Under the pieces are notes generated by a model. That model was not told the origin of the DNA. It saw nothing but the letters and a program-made list of their open reading frames with translations, and made no database searches. The translations under genes were made by a program, and so were the position numbers. Below, piece after piece: positions 1-15,000 of a stretch of DNA of 64,000 nt. Numbering within the stretch: position 1 is the stretch's first letter; each line of letters begins with the position of its first letter. Source of the DNA: Eledone cirrhosa (lineage: Eukaryota); assembly GCA_964016885.1 (NCBI GenBank), contig OZ024740.1, forward strand, positions 427,986,001-428,050,000. Direction: 5' to 3'.

Positions 1-3000
1 GACCGGTACTGGGAGAGTTTAGCCTCCTCAGCCCGACGTGCAGGAGAGTGACTGGTACTTGGAGAGTTTAGCCTCCTCCACCCGACGTGCAGGAGAGTGA
101 CTGGTACTATGAGAGTTTAGCCTTCTTAGTCAGACGCGCAGGAGAGTGACTGGTACATGGAGAATCTAGACTCCTCAGTCCGACGTGCAGGAGAGTGACC
201 GGTACCTGGAGAGTTTAGCCTCCTTAGTCCGACGTGCAGGAGAGTGACTGGTACTTGGAGTGTTTAGCCTCCTTAGTCCGACGTGCAGAAGAGTGACTGG
301 TACTTGGAGAGTTTAGCCTCCTTAGTCCGAAGTGCAGGAGAGTGACTGGTACTTGGAGGGTTTAGCCTCCTTAGTCCGACGTGCAGGAGAGTGACTGGTA
401 CTTGGAGTGTTTAGCCGTCTCAGTCCGACGTGCAGGAGAATGACCGGTACTTGGAGAGTTTAGCCTCCTTAGTCCGACGTGCAGGAGAATGACCGGTACT
501 TGGAGTGTTTAGCCGTCTCAGTCCGACGTGCAGGAGAGTGACTGGTACTTGGAGAGTTTAGCCTCCTTAGTCCGACGTGCAGGAGAGTGACTGTTACTTG
601 GAGTGTTTAGCCGTCTCAGTCCGACGTGCAGGAGAGTGACCGGTACTTGGAGAGTTTAGCCTCCTTAGTCCGACATGCAGGAGAGTGACTGGTACTTGGA
701 GAGTTTAGCCTCCTCAGTCCGACGTGCAGGAGAGTGACAGGTACTTGGAGAGTTTAGCTTCTTCAACCAGACGTGCAGGATAGTGACCGGTACTTGGAGA
801 GTTTAGCCTCCTCAGTCCGACGTGCAGGAGAGTGACAGGTACTTGGAGAGTTTAGCTTCTTCAACCAGACGTGCAGGATAGTGACCGGTACTTGGAGAGT
901 TTAGCTTCCTCAGCCCGACGTGCAGGAGAGTGACCAGTACTTGGAGAGTTTAGCCTCCTTAGTCCGACGTGCAGGAGAGTGACAGGTACTTGGAGAGTTT
1001 AGCTTCTTCAACCAGACGTGCAGGATAGTGACCGGTACTTGGAGAGTTTAGCCTCCTCAGTCCGACGTGCAGGAGAGTGACTGGTACTTGGAGAAATTTG
1101 ACTCCTTAGTCCGACGTGCAGGAGAGTGACCGGTACTTGGAGTGTTTAGCCGTCTCAGTCCGACGTGCAGGAGAGTGACCGGTACTTGGAGAGTTTAGCC
1201 TCATTAGTCCGACGTGCAGGAGAGTGACTGTTACTTGGAGAGTTTAGCCTCCTTAGTCCTACGTGCAGGAGAGTGACTGGTACTTGGAGAGTTTAGCTTC
1301 CTCAGCCCGACGTGCAGGAGAGTGACTGGTACTTGGAGTGTTTAGCCTCCTTAGTCCGACGTGCAGGAGAGTGACCAGTACTTGGAGAGTTTAGCCTCCT
1401 TAGTCCGACGTGCAGGAGAGTGACTGGTACTTGGAGAGTTTAGCCTCCTCAGTCCGACGTGCAGGAGAGTGACTGGTACTATGAGAGTTTAGCCTTCTTA
1501 ATCCGACGTGCAGGAGTGTGACCGGTACTTGGAGAGTTTAGCCTCCTTAGTCCTACGTGCAGGAGAGTGACCGGTACTTGGAGAGTTTAGCCTCCCCAGT
1601 CCGACGTGCAAAAGAGTGACCGGTACTTGGAGAGTTTAGCCTCCTCAGTCCGACGTGCAGGAGAGTGACTGGTACTTGGAGTGTTTAGCCTCCTTAGTCC
1701 GACGTGCAGGAGAGTGACTGGTACTTGGAGAGTTTAGCCTCCTTAGTCCGAAGTGCAGGAGAGTGACTGGTACTTGGAGGGTTTAGCCTCCTTAGTCCGA
1801 CGTGCAGGAGAGTGACTGGTACTTGGAGTGTTTAGCCGTCTCAGTCCGACGTGCAGGAGAATGACCGGTACTTGGAGAGTTTAGCCTCCTTAGTCCGACG
1901 TGCAGGAGAGTGACCGGTACTTGGAGTGTTTAGCCGTCTCAGTCCGACGTGCAGGAGAGTGACTGGTACTTGGAGAGTTTAGCCTCCTTAGTCCGACGTG
2001 CAGGAGAGTGACTGTTACTTGGAGTGTTTAGCCGTCTCAGTCCGACGTGCAGGAGAGTGACCGGTACTTGGAGAGTTTAGCCTCCTTAGTCCGACATGCA
2101 GGAGAGTGACTGGTACTTGGAGAGTTTAGCCTCCTCAGTCCGACGTGCAGGAGAGTGACAGGTACTTGGAGAGTTTAGCTTCTTCAACCAGACGTGCAGG
2201 ATAGTGACCGGTACTTGGAGAGTTTAGCCTCCTCAGTCCGACGTGCAGGAGAGTGACAGGTACTTGGAGAGTTTAGCTTCTTCAACCAGACGTGCAGGAT
2301 AGTGACCGGTACTTGGAGAGTTTAGCTTCCTCAGCCCGACGTGCAGGAGAGTGACCAGTACTTGGAGAGTTTAGCCTCCTTAGTCCGACGTGCAGGAGAG
2401 TGACAGGTACTTGGAGAGTTTAGCTTCTTCAACCAGACGTGCAGGATAGTGACCGGTACTTGGAGAGTTTAGCCTCCTCAGTCCGACGTGCAGGAGAGTG
2501 ACTGGTACTTGGAGAAATTTGACTCCTTAGTCCGACGTGCAGGAGAGTGACCGGTACTTGGAGTGTTTAGCCGTCTCAGTCCGACGTGCAGGAGAGTGAC
2601 CGGTACTTGGAGAGTTTAGCCTCATTAGTCCGACGTGCAGGAGAGTGACTGTTACTTGGAGAGTTTAGCCTCCTTAGTCCTACGTGCAGGAGAGTGACTG
2701 GTACTTGGAGAGTTTAGCTTCCTCAGCCCGACGTGCAGGAGAGTGACCAGTACTTGGAGAGTTTAGCCTCCTTAGTCCGACGTGCAGGAGAGTGACTGGT
2801 ACTTGGAGAGTTTAGCCTCCTCAGTCCGACGTGCAGGAGAGTGACCGGTACTGGGAGAGTTTAGCCTCCTCAGCCCGACGTGCAGGAGAGTGAATCGTAC
2901 TTGGAGAGTTTAGCCTCCTTAGTCTGACGTGCAGGAGAGTAACTGGTACTTGGAGAGTTTAGCCTCCTCAGACCAACGTGCAGGAGAGTGACTCGTACTT

Positions 3001-6000
3001 GGAGAGTTTAGCCTCCTCCACCCGACATGAAGGAGAGTGGCTGGTACTTGGAGAGTTTAGCCTCCTTAGTCCGACGTGCAGGAGAGTGACTGGTACTTGG
3101 AGAGTTTAGCCTCCTTAGTCCGACGTGCAGGAGAGTAACTGGTACTTGGAGAGTTTAGCCTCCTTAGTCCGACGTGCAGGAGAGTGACTGGTACTTGGAG
3201 AGTTTAGCCTCCTTAGTCCGACGTGCAGGAGAGTGACTGGTACTTGGAGAGTTTAGCCTCCTTAGTCCGACGTGCAGGAGAGTGACTGGTACTTGGAGAG
3301 TTTAGCCTTCTTAGTCCGACGTGCAGGAGTGTGACCGGTACTTGTAGAGTTTAGCCTCCTTAGTCCGACGTGCAGGAGAGTGACAAGTACTTGGAGAGTT
3401 TAGCTTCCTCAACCAGACGTGCAGGAGAGTGACCGGTACTTGGAGATTTTAGCCTACTTAGTCCGACGTGCAGGAGAGTGAATGGTACTTGGAGAGTTTA
3501 GCCTCCTCAGTCCGACATGCAGGAGCGTGAGCGGGATTTGGAGAGTTTAGCCTCCTTAGTCTGACGTGCAGGAGAGTGACTGGTACTTGGAGAGTTTAGC
3601 CTCCTTAGTCCGACGTGCAGGAGAGTGACTGGTACTTGGAGAGTTTAGCCTCCTTAGTCCGACGTGCAGGAGAGTGACCGGTACTGGGAGAGTTTAGCCT
3701 CCTCAGCCCGACGTGCAGGAGAGTGACTGGTACTTGGAGAGTTTAGCCTCCTCCACCCGACGTGCAGGAGAGTGACTGGTACTATGAGAGTTTAGCCTTC
3801 TTAGTCAGACGCGCAGGAGAGTGACTGGTACATGGAGAATCTAGACTCCTCAGTCCGACGTGCAGGAGAGTGACCGGTACCTGGAGAGTTTAGCCTCCTT
3901 AGTCCGACGTGCAGGAGAGTGACTGGTACTTGGAGTGTTTAGCCTCCTTAGTCCGACGTGCAGGAGAGTGACTGGTACTTGGAGAGTTTAGCCTCCTTAG
4001 TCCGAAGTGCAGGAGAGTGACTGGTACTTGGAGGGTTTAGCCTCCTTAGTCCGACGTGCAGGAGAGTGACTGGTACTTGGAGTGTTTAGCCGTCTCAGTC
4101 CGACGTGCAGGAGAATGACCGGTACTTGGAGAGTTTAGCCTCCTTAGTCCGACGTGCAGGAGAGTGACCGGTACTTGGAGTGTTTAGCCGTCTCAGTCCG
4201 ACGTGCAGGAGAGTGACTGGTACTTGGAGAGTTTAGCCTCCTTAGTCCGACGTGCAGGAGAGTGACTGTTACTTGGAGTGTTTAGCCGTCTCAGTCCGAC
4301 GTGCAGGAGAGTGACCGGTACTTGGAGAGTTTAGCCTCCTTAGTCCGACATGCAGGAGAGTGACTGGTACTTGGAGAGTTTAGCCTCCTCAGTCCGACGT
4401 GCAGGAGAGTGACAGGTACTTGGAGAGTTTAGCTTCTTCAACCAGACGTGCAGGATAGTGACCGGTACTTGGAGAGTTTAGCCTCCTCAGTCCGACGTGC
4501 AGGAGAGTGACAGGTACTTGGAGAGTTTAGCTTCTTCAACCAGACGTGCAGGATAGTGACCGGTACTTGGAGAGTTTAGCTTCCTCAGCCCGACGTGCAG
4601 GAGAGTGACCAGTACTTGGAGAGTTTAGCCTCCTTAGTCCGACGTGCAGGAGAGTGACAGGTACTTGGAGAGTTTAGCTTCTTCAACCAGACGTGCAGGA
4701 TAGTGACCGGTACTTGGAGAGTTTAGCCTCCTCAGTCCGACGTGCAGGAGAGTGACTGGTACTTGGAGAAATTTGACTCCTTAGTCCGACGTGCAGGAGA
4801 GTGACCGGTACTTGGAGTGTTTAGCCGTCTCAGTCCGACGTGCAGGAGAGTGACCGGTACTTGGAGAGTTTAGCCTCATTAGTCCGACGTGCAGGAGAGT
4901 GACTGTTACTTGGAGAGTTTAGCCTCCTTAGTCCTACGTGCAGGAGAGTGACTGGTACTTGGAGAGTTTAGCTTCCTCAGCCCGACGTGCAGGAGAGTGA
5001 CCAGTACTTGGAGAGTTTAGCCTCCTTAGTCCGACGTGCAGGAGAGTGACTGGTACTTGGAGAGTTTAGCCTCCTCAGTCCGACGTGCAGGAGAGTGACC
5101 GGTACTGGGAGAGTTTAGCCTCCTCAGCCCGACGTGCAGGAGAGTGAATCGTACTTGGAGAGTTTAGCCTCCTTAGTCTGACGTGCAGGAGAGTAACTGG
5201 TACTTGGAGAGTTTAGCCTCCTCAGACCAACGTGCAGGAGAGTGACTCGTACTTGGAGAGTTTAGCCTCCTCCACCCGACATGAAGGAGAGTGGCTGGTA
5301 CTTGGAGAGTTTAGCCTCCTTAGTCCGACGTGCAGGAGAGTGACTGGTACTTGGAGAGTTTAGCCTCCTTAGTCCGACGTGCAGGAGAGTAACTGGTACT
5401 TGGAGAGTTTAGCCTCCTTAGTCCGACGTGCAGGAGAGTGACTGGTACTTGGAGAGTTTAGCCTCCTTAGTCCGACGTGCAGGAGAGTGACTGGTACTTG
5501 GAGAGTTTAGCCTCCTTAGTCCGACGTGCAGGAGAGTGACTGGTACTTGGAGAGTTTAGCCTTCTTAGTCCGACGTGCAGGAGTGTGACCGGTACTTGTA
5601 GAGTTTAGCCTCCTTAGTCCGACGTGCAGGAGAGTGACAAGTACTTGGAGAGTTTAGCTTCCTCAACCAGACGTGCAGGAGAGTGACCGGTACTTGGAGA
5701 TTTTAGCCTACTTAGTCCGACGTGCAGGAGAGTGAATGGTACTTGGAGAGTTTAGCCTCCTCAGTCCGACGTGCAGGAGAGTGACCGGTACTGGGAGAGT
5801 TTAGCCTCCTCAGCCCGACGTGCAGGAGAGTGAATCGTACTTGGAGAGTTTAGCCTCCTTAGTCTGACGTGCAGGAGAGTAACTGGTACTTGGAGAGTTT
5901 AGCCTCCTCAGACCAACGTGCAGGAGAGTGACTCGTACTTGGAGAGTTTAGCCTCCTCCACCCGACATGAAGGAGAGTGGCTGGTACTTGGAGAGTTTAG

Positions 6001-9000
6001 CCTCCTTAGTCCGACGTGCAGGAGAGTGACTGGTACTTGGAGAGTTTAGCCTCCTTAGTCCGACGTGCAGGAGAGTAACTGGTACTTGGAGAGTTTAGCC
6101 TCCTTAGTCCGACGTGCAGGAGAGTGACTGGTACTTGGAGAGTTTAGCCTCCTTAGTCCGACGTGCAGGAGAGTGACTGGTACTTGGAGAGTTTAGCCTC
6201 CTTAGTCCGACGTGCAGGAGAGTGACTGGTACTTGGAGAGTTTAGCCTTCTTAGTCCGACGTGCAGGAGTGTGACCGGTACTTGTAGAGTTTAGCCTCCT
6301 TAGTCCGACGTGCAGGAGAGTGACAAGTACTTGGAGAGTTTAGCTTCCTCAACCAGACGTGCAGGAGAGTGACCGGTACTTGGAGATTTTAGCCTACTTA
6401 GTCCGACGTGCAGGAGAGTGAATGGTACTTGGAGAGTTTAGCCTCCTCAGTCCGACATGCAGGAGCGTGAGCGGGATTTGGAGAGTTTAGCCTCCTTAGT
6501 CTGACGTGCAGGAGAGTGACTGGTACTTGGAGAGTTTAGCCTCCTTAGTCCGACGTGCAGGAGAGTGACTGGTACTTGGAGAGTTTAGCCTCCTTAGTCC
6601 GACGTGCAGGAGAGTGACCGGTACTGGGAGAGTTTAGCCTCCTCAGCCCGACGTGCAGGAGAGTGACTGGTACTTGGAGAGTTTAGCCTCCTCCACCCGA
6701 CGTGCAGGAGAGTGACTGGTACTATGAGAGTTTAGCCTTCTTAGTCAGACGCGCAGGAGAGTGACTGGTACATGGAGAATCTAGACTCCTCAGTCCGACG
6801 TGCAGGAGAGTGACCGGTACCTGGAGAGTTTAGCCTCCTTAGTCCGACGTGCAGGAGAGTGACTGGTACTTGGAGTGTTTAGCCTCCTTAGTCCGACGTG
6901 CAGGAGAGTGACTGGTACTTGGAGAGTTTAGCCTCCTTAGTCCGAAGTGCAGGAGAGTGACTGGTACTTGGAGGGTTTAGCCTCCTTAGTCCGACGTGCA
7001 GGAGAGTGACTGGTACTTGGAGTGTTTAGCCGTCTCAGTCCGACGTGCAGGAGAATGACCGGTACTTGGAGAGTTTAGCCTCCTTAGTCCGACGTGCAGG
7101 AGAGTGACCGGTACTTGGAGTGTTTAGCCGTCTCAGTCCGACGTGCAGGAGAGTGACTGGTACTTGGAGAGTTTAGCCTCCTTAGTCCGACGTGCAGGAG
7201 AGTGACTGTTACTTGGAGTGTTTAGCCGTCTCAGTCCGACGTGCAGGAGAGTGACCGGTACTTGGAGAGTTTAGCCTCCTTAGTCCGACATGCAGGAGAG
7301 TGACTGGTACTTGGAGAGTTTAGCCTCCTCAGTCCGACGTGCAGGAGAGTGACAGGTACTTGGAGAGTTTAGCTTCTTCAACCAGACGTGCAGGATAGTG
7401 ACCGGTACTTGGAGAGTTTAGCCTCCTCAGTCCGACGTGCAGGAGAGTGACAGGTACTTGGAGAGTTTAGCTTCTTCAACCAGACGTGCAGGATAGTGAC
7501 CGGTACTTGGAGAGTTTAGCTTCCTCAGCCCGACGTGCAGGAGAGTGACCAGTACTTGGAGAGTTTAGCCTCCTTAGTCCGACGTGCAGGAGAGTGACAG
7601 GTACTTGGAGAGTTTAGCTTCTTCAACCAGACGTGCAGGATAGTGACCGGTACTTGGAGAGTTTAGCCTCCTCAGTCCGACGTGCAGGAGAGTGACTGGT
7701 ACTTGGAGAAATTTGACTCCTTAGTCCGACGTGCAGGAGAGTGACCGGTACTTGGAGTGTTTAGCCGTCTCAGTCCGACGTGCAGGAGAGTGACCGGTAC
7801 TTGGAGAGTTTAGCCTCATTAGTCCGACGTGCAGGAGAGTGACTGTTACTTGGAGAGTTTAGCCTCCTTAGTCCTACGTGCAGGAGAGTGACTGGTACTT
7901 GGAGAGTTTAGCTTCCTCAGCCCGACGTGCAGGAGAGTGACCAGTACTTGGAGAGTTTAGCCTCCTTAGTCCGACGTGCAGGAGAGTGACTGGTACTTGG
8001 AGAGTTTAGCCTCCTCAGTCCGACGTGCAGGAGAGTGACCGGTACTGGGAGAGTTTAGCCTCCTCAGCCCGACGTGCAGGAGAGTGAATCGTACTTGGAG
8101 AGTTTAGCCTCCTTAGTCTGACGTGCAGGAGAGTAACTGGTACTTGGAGAGTTTAGCCTCCTCAGACCAACGTGCAGGAGAGTGACTCGTACTTGGAGAG
8201 TTTAGCCTCCTCCACCCGACATGAAGGAGAGTGGCTGGTACTTGGAGAGTTTAGCCTCCTTAGTCCGACGTGCAGGAGAGTGACTGGTACTTGGAGAGTT
8301 TAGCCTCCTTAGTCCGACGTGCAGGAGAGTAACTGGTACTTGGAGAGTTTAGCCTCCTTAGTCCGACGTGCAGGAGAGTGACTGGTACTTGGAGAGTTTA
8401 GCCTCCTTAGTCCGACGTGCAGGAGAGTGACTGGTACTTGGAGAGTTTAGCCTCCTTAGTCCGACGTGCAGGAGAGTGACTGGTACTTGGAGAGTTTAGC
8501 CTTCTTAGTCCGACGTGCAGGAGTGTGACCGGTACTTGTAGAGTTTAGCCTCCTTAGTCCGACGTGCAGGAGAGTGACAAGTACTTGGAGAGTTTAGCTT
8601 CCTCAACCAGACGTGCAGGAGAGTGACCGGTACTTGGAGATTTTAGCCTACTTAGTCCGACGTGCAGGAGAGTGAATGGTACTTGGAGAGTTTAGCCTCC
8701 TCAGTCCGACATGCAGGAGCGTGAGCGGGATTTGGAGAGTTTAGCCTCCTTAGTCTGACGTGCAGGAGAGTGACTGGTACTTGGAGAGTTTAGCCTCCTT
8801 AGTCCGACGTGCAGGAGAGTGACTGGTACTTGGAGAGTTTAGCCTCCTTAGTCCGACGTGCAGGAGAGTGACCGGTACTGGGAGAGTTTAGCCTCCTCAG
8901 CCCGACGTGCAGGAGAGTGACTGGTACTTGGAGAGTTTAGCCTCCTCCACCCGACGTGCAGGAGAGTGACTGGTACTATGAGAGTTTAGCCTTCTTAGTC

Positions 9001-12000
9001 AGACGCGCAGGAGAGTGACTGGTACATGGAGAATCTAGACTCCTCAGTCCGACGTGCAGGAGAGTGACCGGTACCTGGAGAGTTTAGCCTCCTTAGTCCG
9101 ACGTGCAGGAGAGTGACTGGTACTTGGAGTGTTTAGCCTCCTTAGTCCGACGTGCAGGAGAGTGACTGGTACTTGGAGAGTTTAGCCTCCTTAGTCCGAA
9201 GTGCAGGAGAGTGACTGGTACTTGGAGGGTTTAGCCTCCTTAGTCCGACGTGCAGGAGAGTGACTGGTACTTGGAGTGTTTAGCCGTCTCAGTCCGACGT
9301 GCAGGAGAATGACCGGTACTTGGAGAGTTTAGCCTCCTTAGTCCGACGTGCAGGAGAGTGACCGGTACTTGGAGTGTTTAGCCGTCTCAGTCCGACGTGC
9401 AGGAGAGTGACTGGTACTTGGAGAGTTTAGCCTCCTTAGTCCGACGTGCAGGAGAGTGACTGTTACTTGGAGTGTTTAGCCGTCTCAGTCCGACGTGCAG
9501 GAGAGTGACCGGTACTTGGAGAGTTTAGCCTCCTTAGTCCGACATGCAGGAGAGTGACTGGTACTTGGAGAGTTTAGCCTCCTCAGTCCGACGTGCAGGA
9601 GAGTGACAGGTACTTGGAGAGTTTAGCTTCTTCAACCAGACGTGCAGGATAGTGACCGGTACTTGGAGAGTTTAGCCTCCTCAGTCCGACGTGCAGGAGA
9701 GTGACAGGTACTTGGAGAGTTTAGCTTCTTCAACCAGACGTGCAGGATAGTGACCGGTACTTGGAGAGTTTAGCTTCCTCAGCCCGACGTGCAGGAGAGT
9801 GACCAGTACTTGGAGAGTTTAGCCTCCTTAGTCCGACGTGCAGGAGAGTGACAGGTACTTGGAGAGTTTAGCTTCTTCAACCAGACGTGCAGGATAGTGA
9901 CCGGTACTTGGAGAGTTTAGCCTCCTCAGTCCGACGTGCAGGAGAGTGACTGGTACTTGGAGAAATTTGACTCCTTAGTCCGACGTGCAGGAGAGTGACC
10001 GGTACTTGGAGTGTTTAGCCGTCTCAGTCCGACGTGCAGGAGAGTGACTGTTACTTGGAGAGTTTAGCCTCCTTAGTCCTACGTGCAGGAGAGTGACTGG
10101 TACTTGGAGAGTTTAGCTTCCTCAGCCCGACGTGCAGGAGAGTGACCAGTACTTGGAGAGTTTAGCCTCCTTAGTCCGACGTGCAGGAGAGTGACTGGTA
10201 CTTGGAGAGTTTAGCCTCCTCAGTCCGACGTGCAGGAGAGTGACTGGTACTATGAGAGTTTAGCCTTCTTAATCCGACGTGCAGGAGTGTGACCGGTACT
10301 TGGAGAGTTTAGCCTCCTTAGTCCGACGTGCAGGAGAGTGACCGGTACTTGGAGAGTTTAGCCTCCCCAGTCCGACGTGCAAAAGAGTGACCGGTACTTG
10401 GAGAGTTTAGCCTCCTCAGTCCGACGTGCAGGAGAGTGACTGGTACTTGGAGTGTTTAGCCTCCTTAGTCCGACGTGCAGGAGAGTGACTGGTACTTGGA
10501 GAGTTTAGCCTCCTTAGTCCGAAGTGCAGGAGAGTGACTGGTACTTGGAGGGTTTAGCCTCCTTAGTCCGACGTGCAGGAGAGTGACTGGTACTTGGAGT
10601 GTTTAGCCGTCTCAGTCCGACGTGCAGGAGAATGACCGGTACTTGGAGAGTTTAGCCTCCTTAGTCCGACGTGCAGGAGAGTGACCGGTACTTGGAGTGT
10701 TTAGCCGTCTCAGTCCGACGTGCAGGAGAGTGACTGGTACTTGGAGAGTTTAGCCTCCTTAGTCCGACGTGCAGGAGAGTGACTGTTACTTGGAGTGTTT
10801 AGCCGTCTCAGTCCGACGTGCAGGAGAGTGACCGGTACTTGGAGAGTTTAGCCTCCTTAGTCCGACATGCAGGAGAGTGACTGGTACTTGGAGAGTTTAG
10901 CCTCCTCAGTCCGACGTGCAGGAGAGTGACAGGTACTTGGAGAGTTTAGCTTCTTCAACCAGACGTGCAGGATAGTGACCGGTACTTGGAGAGTTTAGCC
11001 TCCTCAGTCCGACGTGCAGGAGAGTGACAGGTACTTGGAGAGTTTAGCTTCTTCAACCAGACGTGCAGGATAGTGACCGGTACTTGGAGAGTTTAGCTTC
11101 CTCAGCCCGACGTGCAGGAGAGTGACCAGTACTTGGAGAGTTTAGCCTCCTTAGTCCGACGTGCAGGAGAGTGACAGGTACTTGGAGAGTTTAGCTTCTT
11201 CAACCAGACGTGCAGGATAGTGACCGGTACTTGGAGAGTTTAGCCTCCTCAGTCCGACGTGCAGGAGAGTGACTGGTACTTGGAGAAATTTGACTCCTTA
11301 GTCCGACGTGCAGGAGAGTGACCGGTACTTGGAGTGTTTAGCCGTCTCAGTCCGACGTGCAGGAGAGTGACTGGTACTTGGAGAAATTTGACTCCTTAGT
11401 CCGACGTGCAGGAGAGTGACTGTTACTTGGAGAGTTTAGCCTCCTTAGTCCTACGTGCAGGAGAGTGACTGGTACTTGGAGAGTTTAGCTTCCTCAGCCC
11501 GACGTGCAGGAGAGTGACCAGTACTTGGAGAGTTTAGCCTCCTTAGTCCGACGTGCAGGAGAGTGACTGGTACTTGGAGAGTTTAGCCTCCTCAGTCCGA
11601 CGTGCAGGAGAGTGACTGGTACTATGAGAGTTTAGCCTTCTTAGTCCGACGTGCAGGAGTGTGACCGGTACTTGGAGAGTTTAGCCTCCTTAGTCCGACG
11701 TGCAGGAGAGTGACCGGTACTTGGAGAGTTTAGCCTCCCCAGTCCGACGTGCAAAAGAGTGACCGGTACTTGGAGAGTTTAGCCTCCTCAGTCCGACGTG
11801 CAGGAGAGTGACCGGTACTGGGAGAGTTTAGCCTCCTCAGCCCGACGTGCAGGAGAGTGAATCGTACTTGGAGAGTTTAGCCTCCTTAGTCTGACGTGCA
11901 GGAGAGTAACTGGTACTTGGAGAGTTTAGCCTCCTCAGACCAACGTGCAGGAGAGTGACTCGTACTTGGAGAGTTTAGCCTCCTCCACCCGACATGAAGG

Positions 12001-15000
12001 AGAGTGGCTGGTACTTGGAGAGTTTAGCCTCCTTAGTCCGACGTGCAGGAGAGTGACCGGTACTTGGAGAGTTTAGCCTCCTTAGTCCGACGTGCAGGAG
12101 AGTGACTGGTACTTGGAGAGTTTAGCCTCCTCATTCCGACGTGTAGGAGAGTGACTGGTACTATGAGAGTTTAGCCTTCTTAGTCCGACGTGCAGGAGAG
12201 TGACAAGTACTTGGAGAGTTTAGCTTCCTCAACCAGACGTGCCAGAGAGTGACTGGTACTTGGAGAGTTTAGCCTCCTTAGTCCGACGTGCAGGAGAGTG
12301 ACTGGTACTTGGAGAGTTTAGACTCCATAGTCAGACGTGCAGGAGAGTGACTGGTACTTGGAGAGTTTAGCCTCCTCAGCCCGACGTGCAGGAGAGTGAC
12401 TGGTACTTGGAGAGTTTAGCCTCCTCCACCCGACGTGCAGGAGAGTGACTGGTACTATGAGAGTTTAGCCTTCTTAGTCAGACGCGCAGGAGAGTGACTG
12501 GTACATGGAGAATCTAGACTCCTCAGTCCGACGTGCAGGAGAGTGACTGGTACTTGGAGAATTTTGACTCCTCAGTCCGACGTGCAGGAGAGCGACTGGT
12601 ACTTGGAGAGTTTAGCCTCCTTAGTCCGACGTGCAGGAGAGTGACTGGTACTTGGAGAATTTTGACTCCTCAGTCCGACGTGCAGGAGAGCGACTGGTAC
12701 TTGGAGAGTTTAGCCTCATTAGTCCGACGTGCAGGAGAGTGACTGTTACTTGGAGAGTTTAGCCTCCTTAGTCCTACGTGCAGGAGAGTGACTGGTACTT
12801 GGAGAGTTTAGCTTCCTCAGTCCGACGTGCAGGAGAGTGACCAGTACTTGGAGAGTTTAGCCTCCTTAGTCCGACGTGCAGGAGAGTGACAAGTACTTGG
12901 AGAGTTTAGCTTCCTCAACCAGACGTGCCGGAGAGTGACCGGTACTTGGAGAGTTTAGCCTACTTAGTCCGACGTGCAGGAGAGTGAATGGTACTTGGAG
13001 AGTTTAGACTCCTCAGCCCGACGTGCAGGAGAGTGACTGGTACTTGGAGAGTTTAGCCTCCTCAGTCCGACATGCAGGAGAGTGAGCGGTACTTGGAGAG
13101 TTTAGCCTCCTTAGTCTGACGTGCAGGAGAGTGACTTATACTTGGAGAGTTTAGCCTCCTCAGTCCGACGTGCAGGAGAGTGAATGGTACTTGGAGAGTT
13201 TAGCCTCCTCCACCCGACATGAAGGAGAGTGAGCGGTACTTGGAGAGTTTAGCCTCCTTAGTCCGACGTGCAGGAGAGTGACCGGTACTTGGAGAGTTTA
13301 GCCTCCTTAGTCCGACGTGCAGCAGAGTGACTGGTACTTGGAGAGTTTAGCCTCCTTAGTCCGAAGTGCAGGAGAGTGACTGGTACTTGGAGAGTTTAGA
13401 CTCCTCAGCCCGACGTGCAGGAGAGTGACCGGTACCTGGAGAGTTTAGACTCCTTAGTCCGACGTGCAGGAGAGTGACTGGTACTTAGAGAGTTTAGCCT
13501 TCTTAGTCAGACGTGCAGGAGAGTGACTGGTACTTGGAGAGTTTAGCCTCCTTAGTCCGACGTGCAGGAGAGTGACTGGTACTTGGAGAGTTTAGCCTCC
13601 TTAGTCCGACGTGCAGGAGAGTGACTGGTACCTGGAGAGTTTAGCCTCCTTAGTCCGACGTGCAGGCAAGTGACCGGTACTTGGAGAGTTTAGCCTCCTT
13701 AGTCCGACATGCAGGAGAGTGACCGGTACTTGGAGAGTTTAGCCTCCTTAGTCCGACGTGCAGGAGAGTGACTTGTACTTGGAGAGTTTAGACTCCTTAG
13801 TCCGACGTGCAGGAGAGTGACTTGTACTTGGAGAGTTTAGCCTCCTTAGTCCGACGTGCAGGAGAGTGACTGGTACTTGGAGAGTTTAGCCTCCTTAGTC
13901 CGACGTGCAGGAGAGTGACTGGTACTTGGAGAGTTTAGACTCCTTAGTCCGACGTGCAGGAGAGTGACTTGTACTTGGAGAGTTTAGCCTCCTTAGTCCG
14001 ACGTGCAGGAGAGTGACTTGTACTTGGAGAGTTTAGCCTCCTTAGTCCGACGTGCAGGAGAGTGACTGGTACTTGGAGAGTTTAGACTCCTTAGTCCGAC
14101 GTGCAGGAGAGTGACTTGTACTTGGAGAGTTTAGCCTCCTTAGTCCGACGTGCAGGAGAGTGACTGGTACTTGGAGAGTTTAGACTCCTTAGTCCGACGT
14201 GCAGGAGAGTGACCGGTACTTGGAGAGTTTAGCCTCCTTAGTCCGACGTGCAGGAGAGTGACTGGTACTTGGAGAGTTTAGACTCCTCAGCCCGACGTGC
14301 AGGAGAGTGACCGGTACTTGGAGAGTTTAGCCTCCTTAGTCCGACGTGCAGGAGAGTGACTGGTACTTGGAGAGTTTAGACTCCTTAGTCCGACGTGCAG
14401 GAGAGTGACTGGTACTTGGAGAGTTTAGACTCCTTAGTCCGACGTGCAGGAGAGTGACTTGTACTTGGAGAGTTTAGCCTCCTTAGTCCGACGTGCAGGA
14501 GAGTGACTTGTACTTGGAGAGTTTAGCCTCCTTAGTCCGACGTGCAGGAGAGTGACTTGTACTTGGAGAGTTTAGACTCCTCAGCCCGACGTGCAGGAGA
14601 GTGACCGGTACTTGGAGAGTTTAGCCTCCTTAGTCCGACGTGCAGGAGAGTGACTGGTACTTGGAGAGTTTAGCCTCCTTAGTCCGACGTGATGGAGAGT
14701 GACTGGTACTTGCAGAGTTTAGCCTCCTCAGCCCGACGTGCAGGAGAGTGACTGGTACTTGGAGAGTTTAGCCTCCTTATTCCGACGTGCAGGAGAGTGA
14801 CTGGTACTTGGAGAGTTTAGCCTCCTCAGTCCGACGTGCAGGAGAGTGACCGGTACCTGGAGAGTTTAGCCTCCTTAGTCCGACATGCAGGAGAGTGACC
14901 GGTACTTGGAGAGTTTAGCCTCCTTAGTCCGACGTGCAGGAGAGTGACTTGTACTTGGAGAGTTTAGACTCCTTAGTCCGACGTGCAGGAGAGTGACTTG

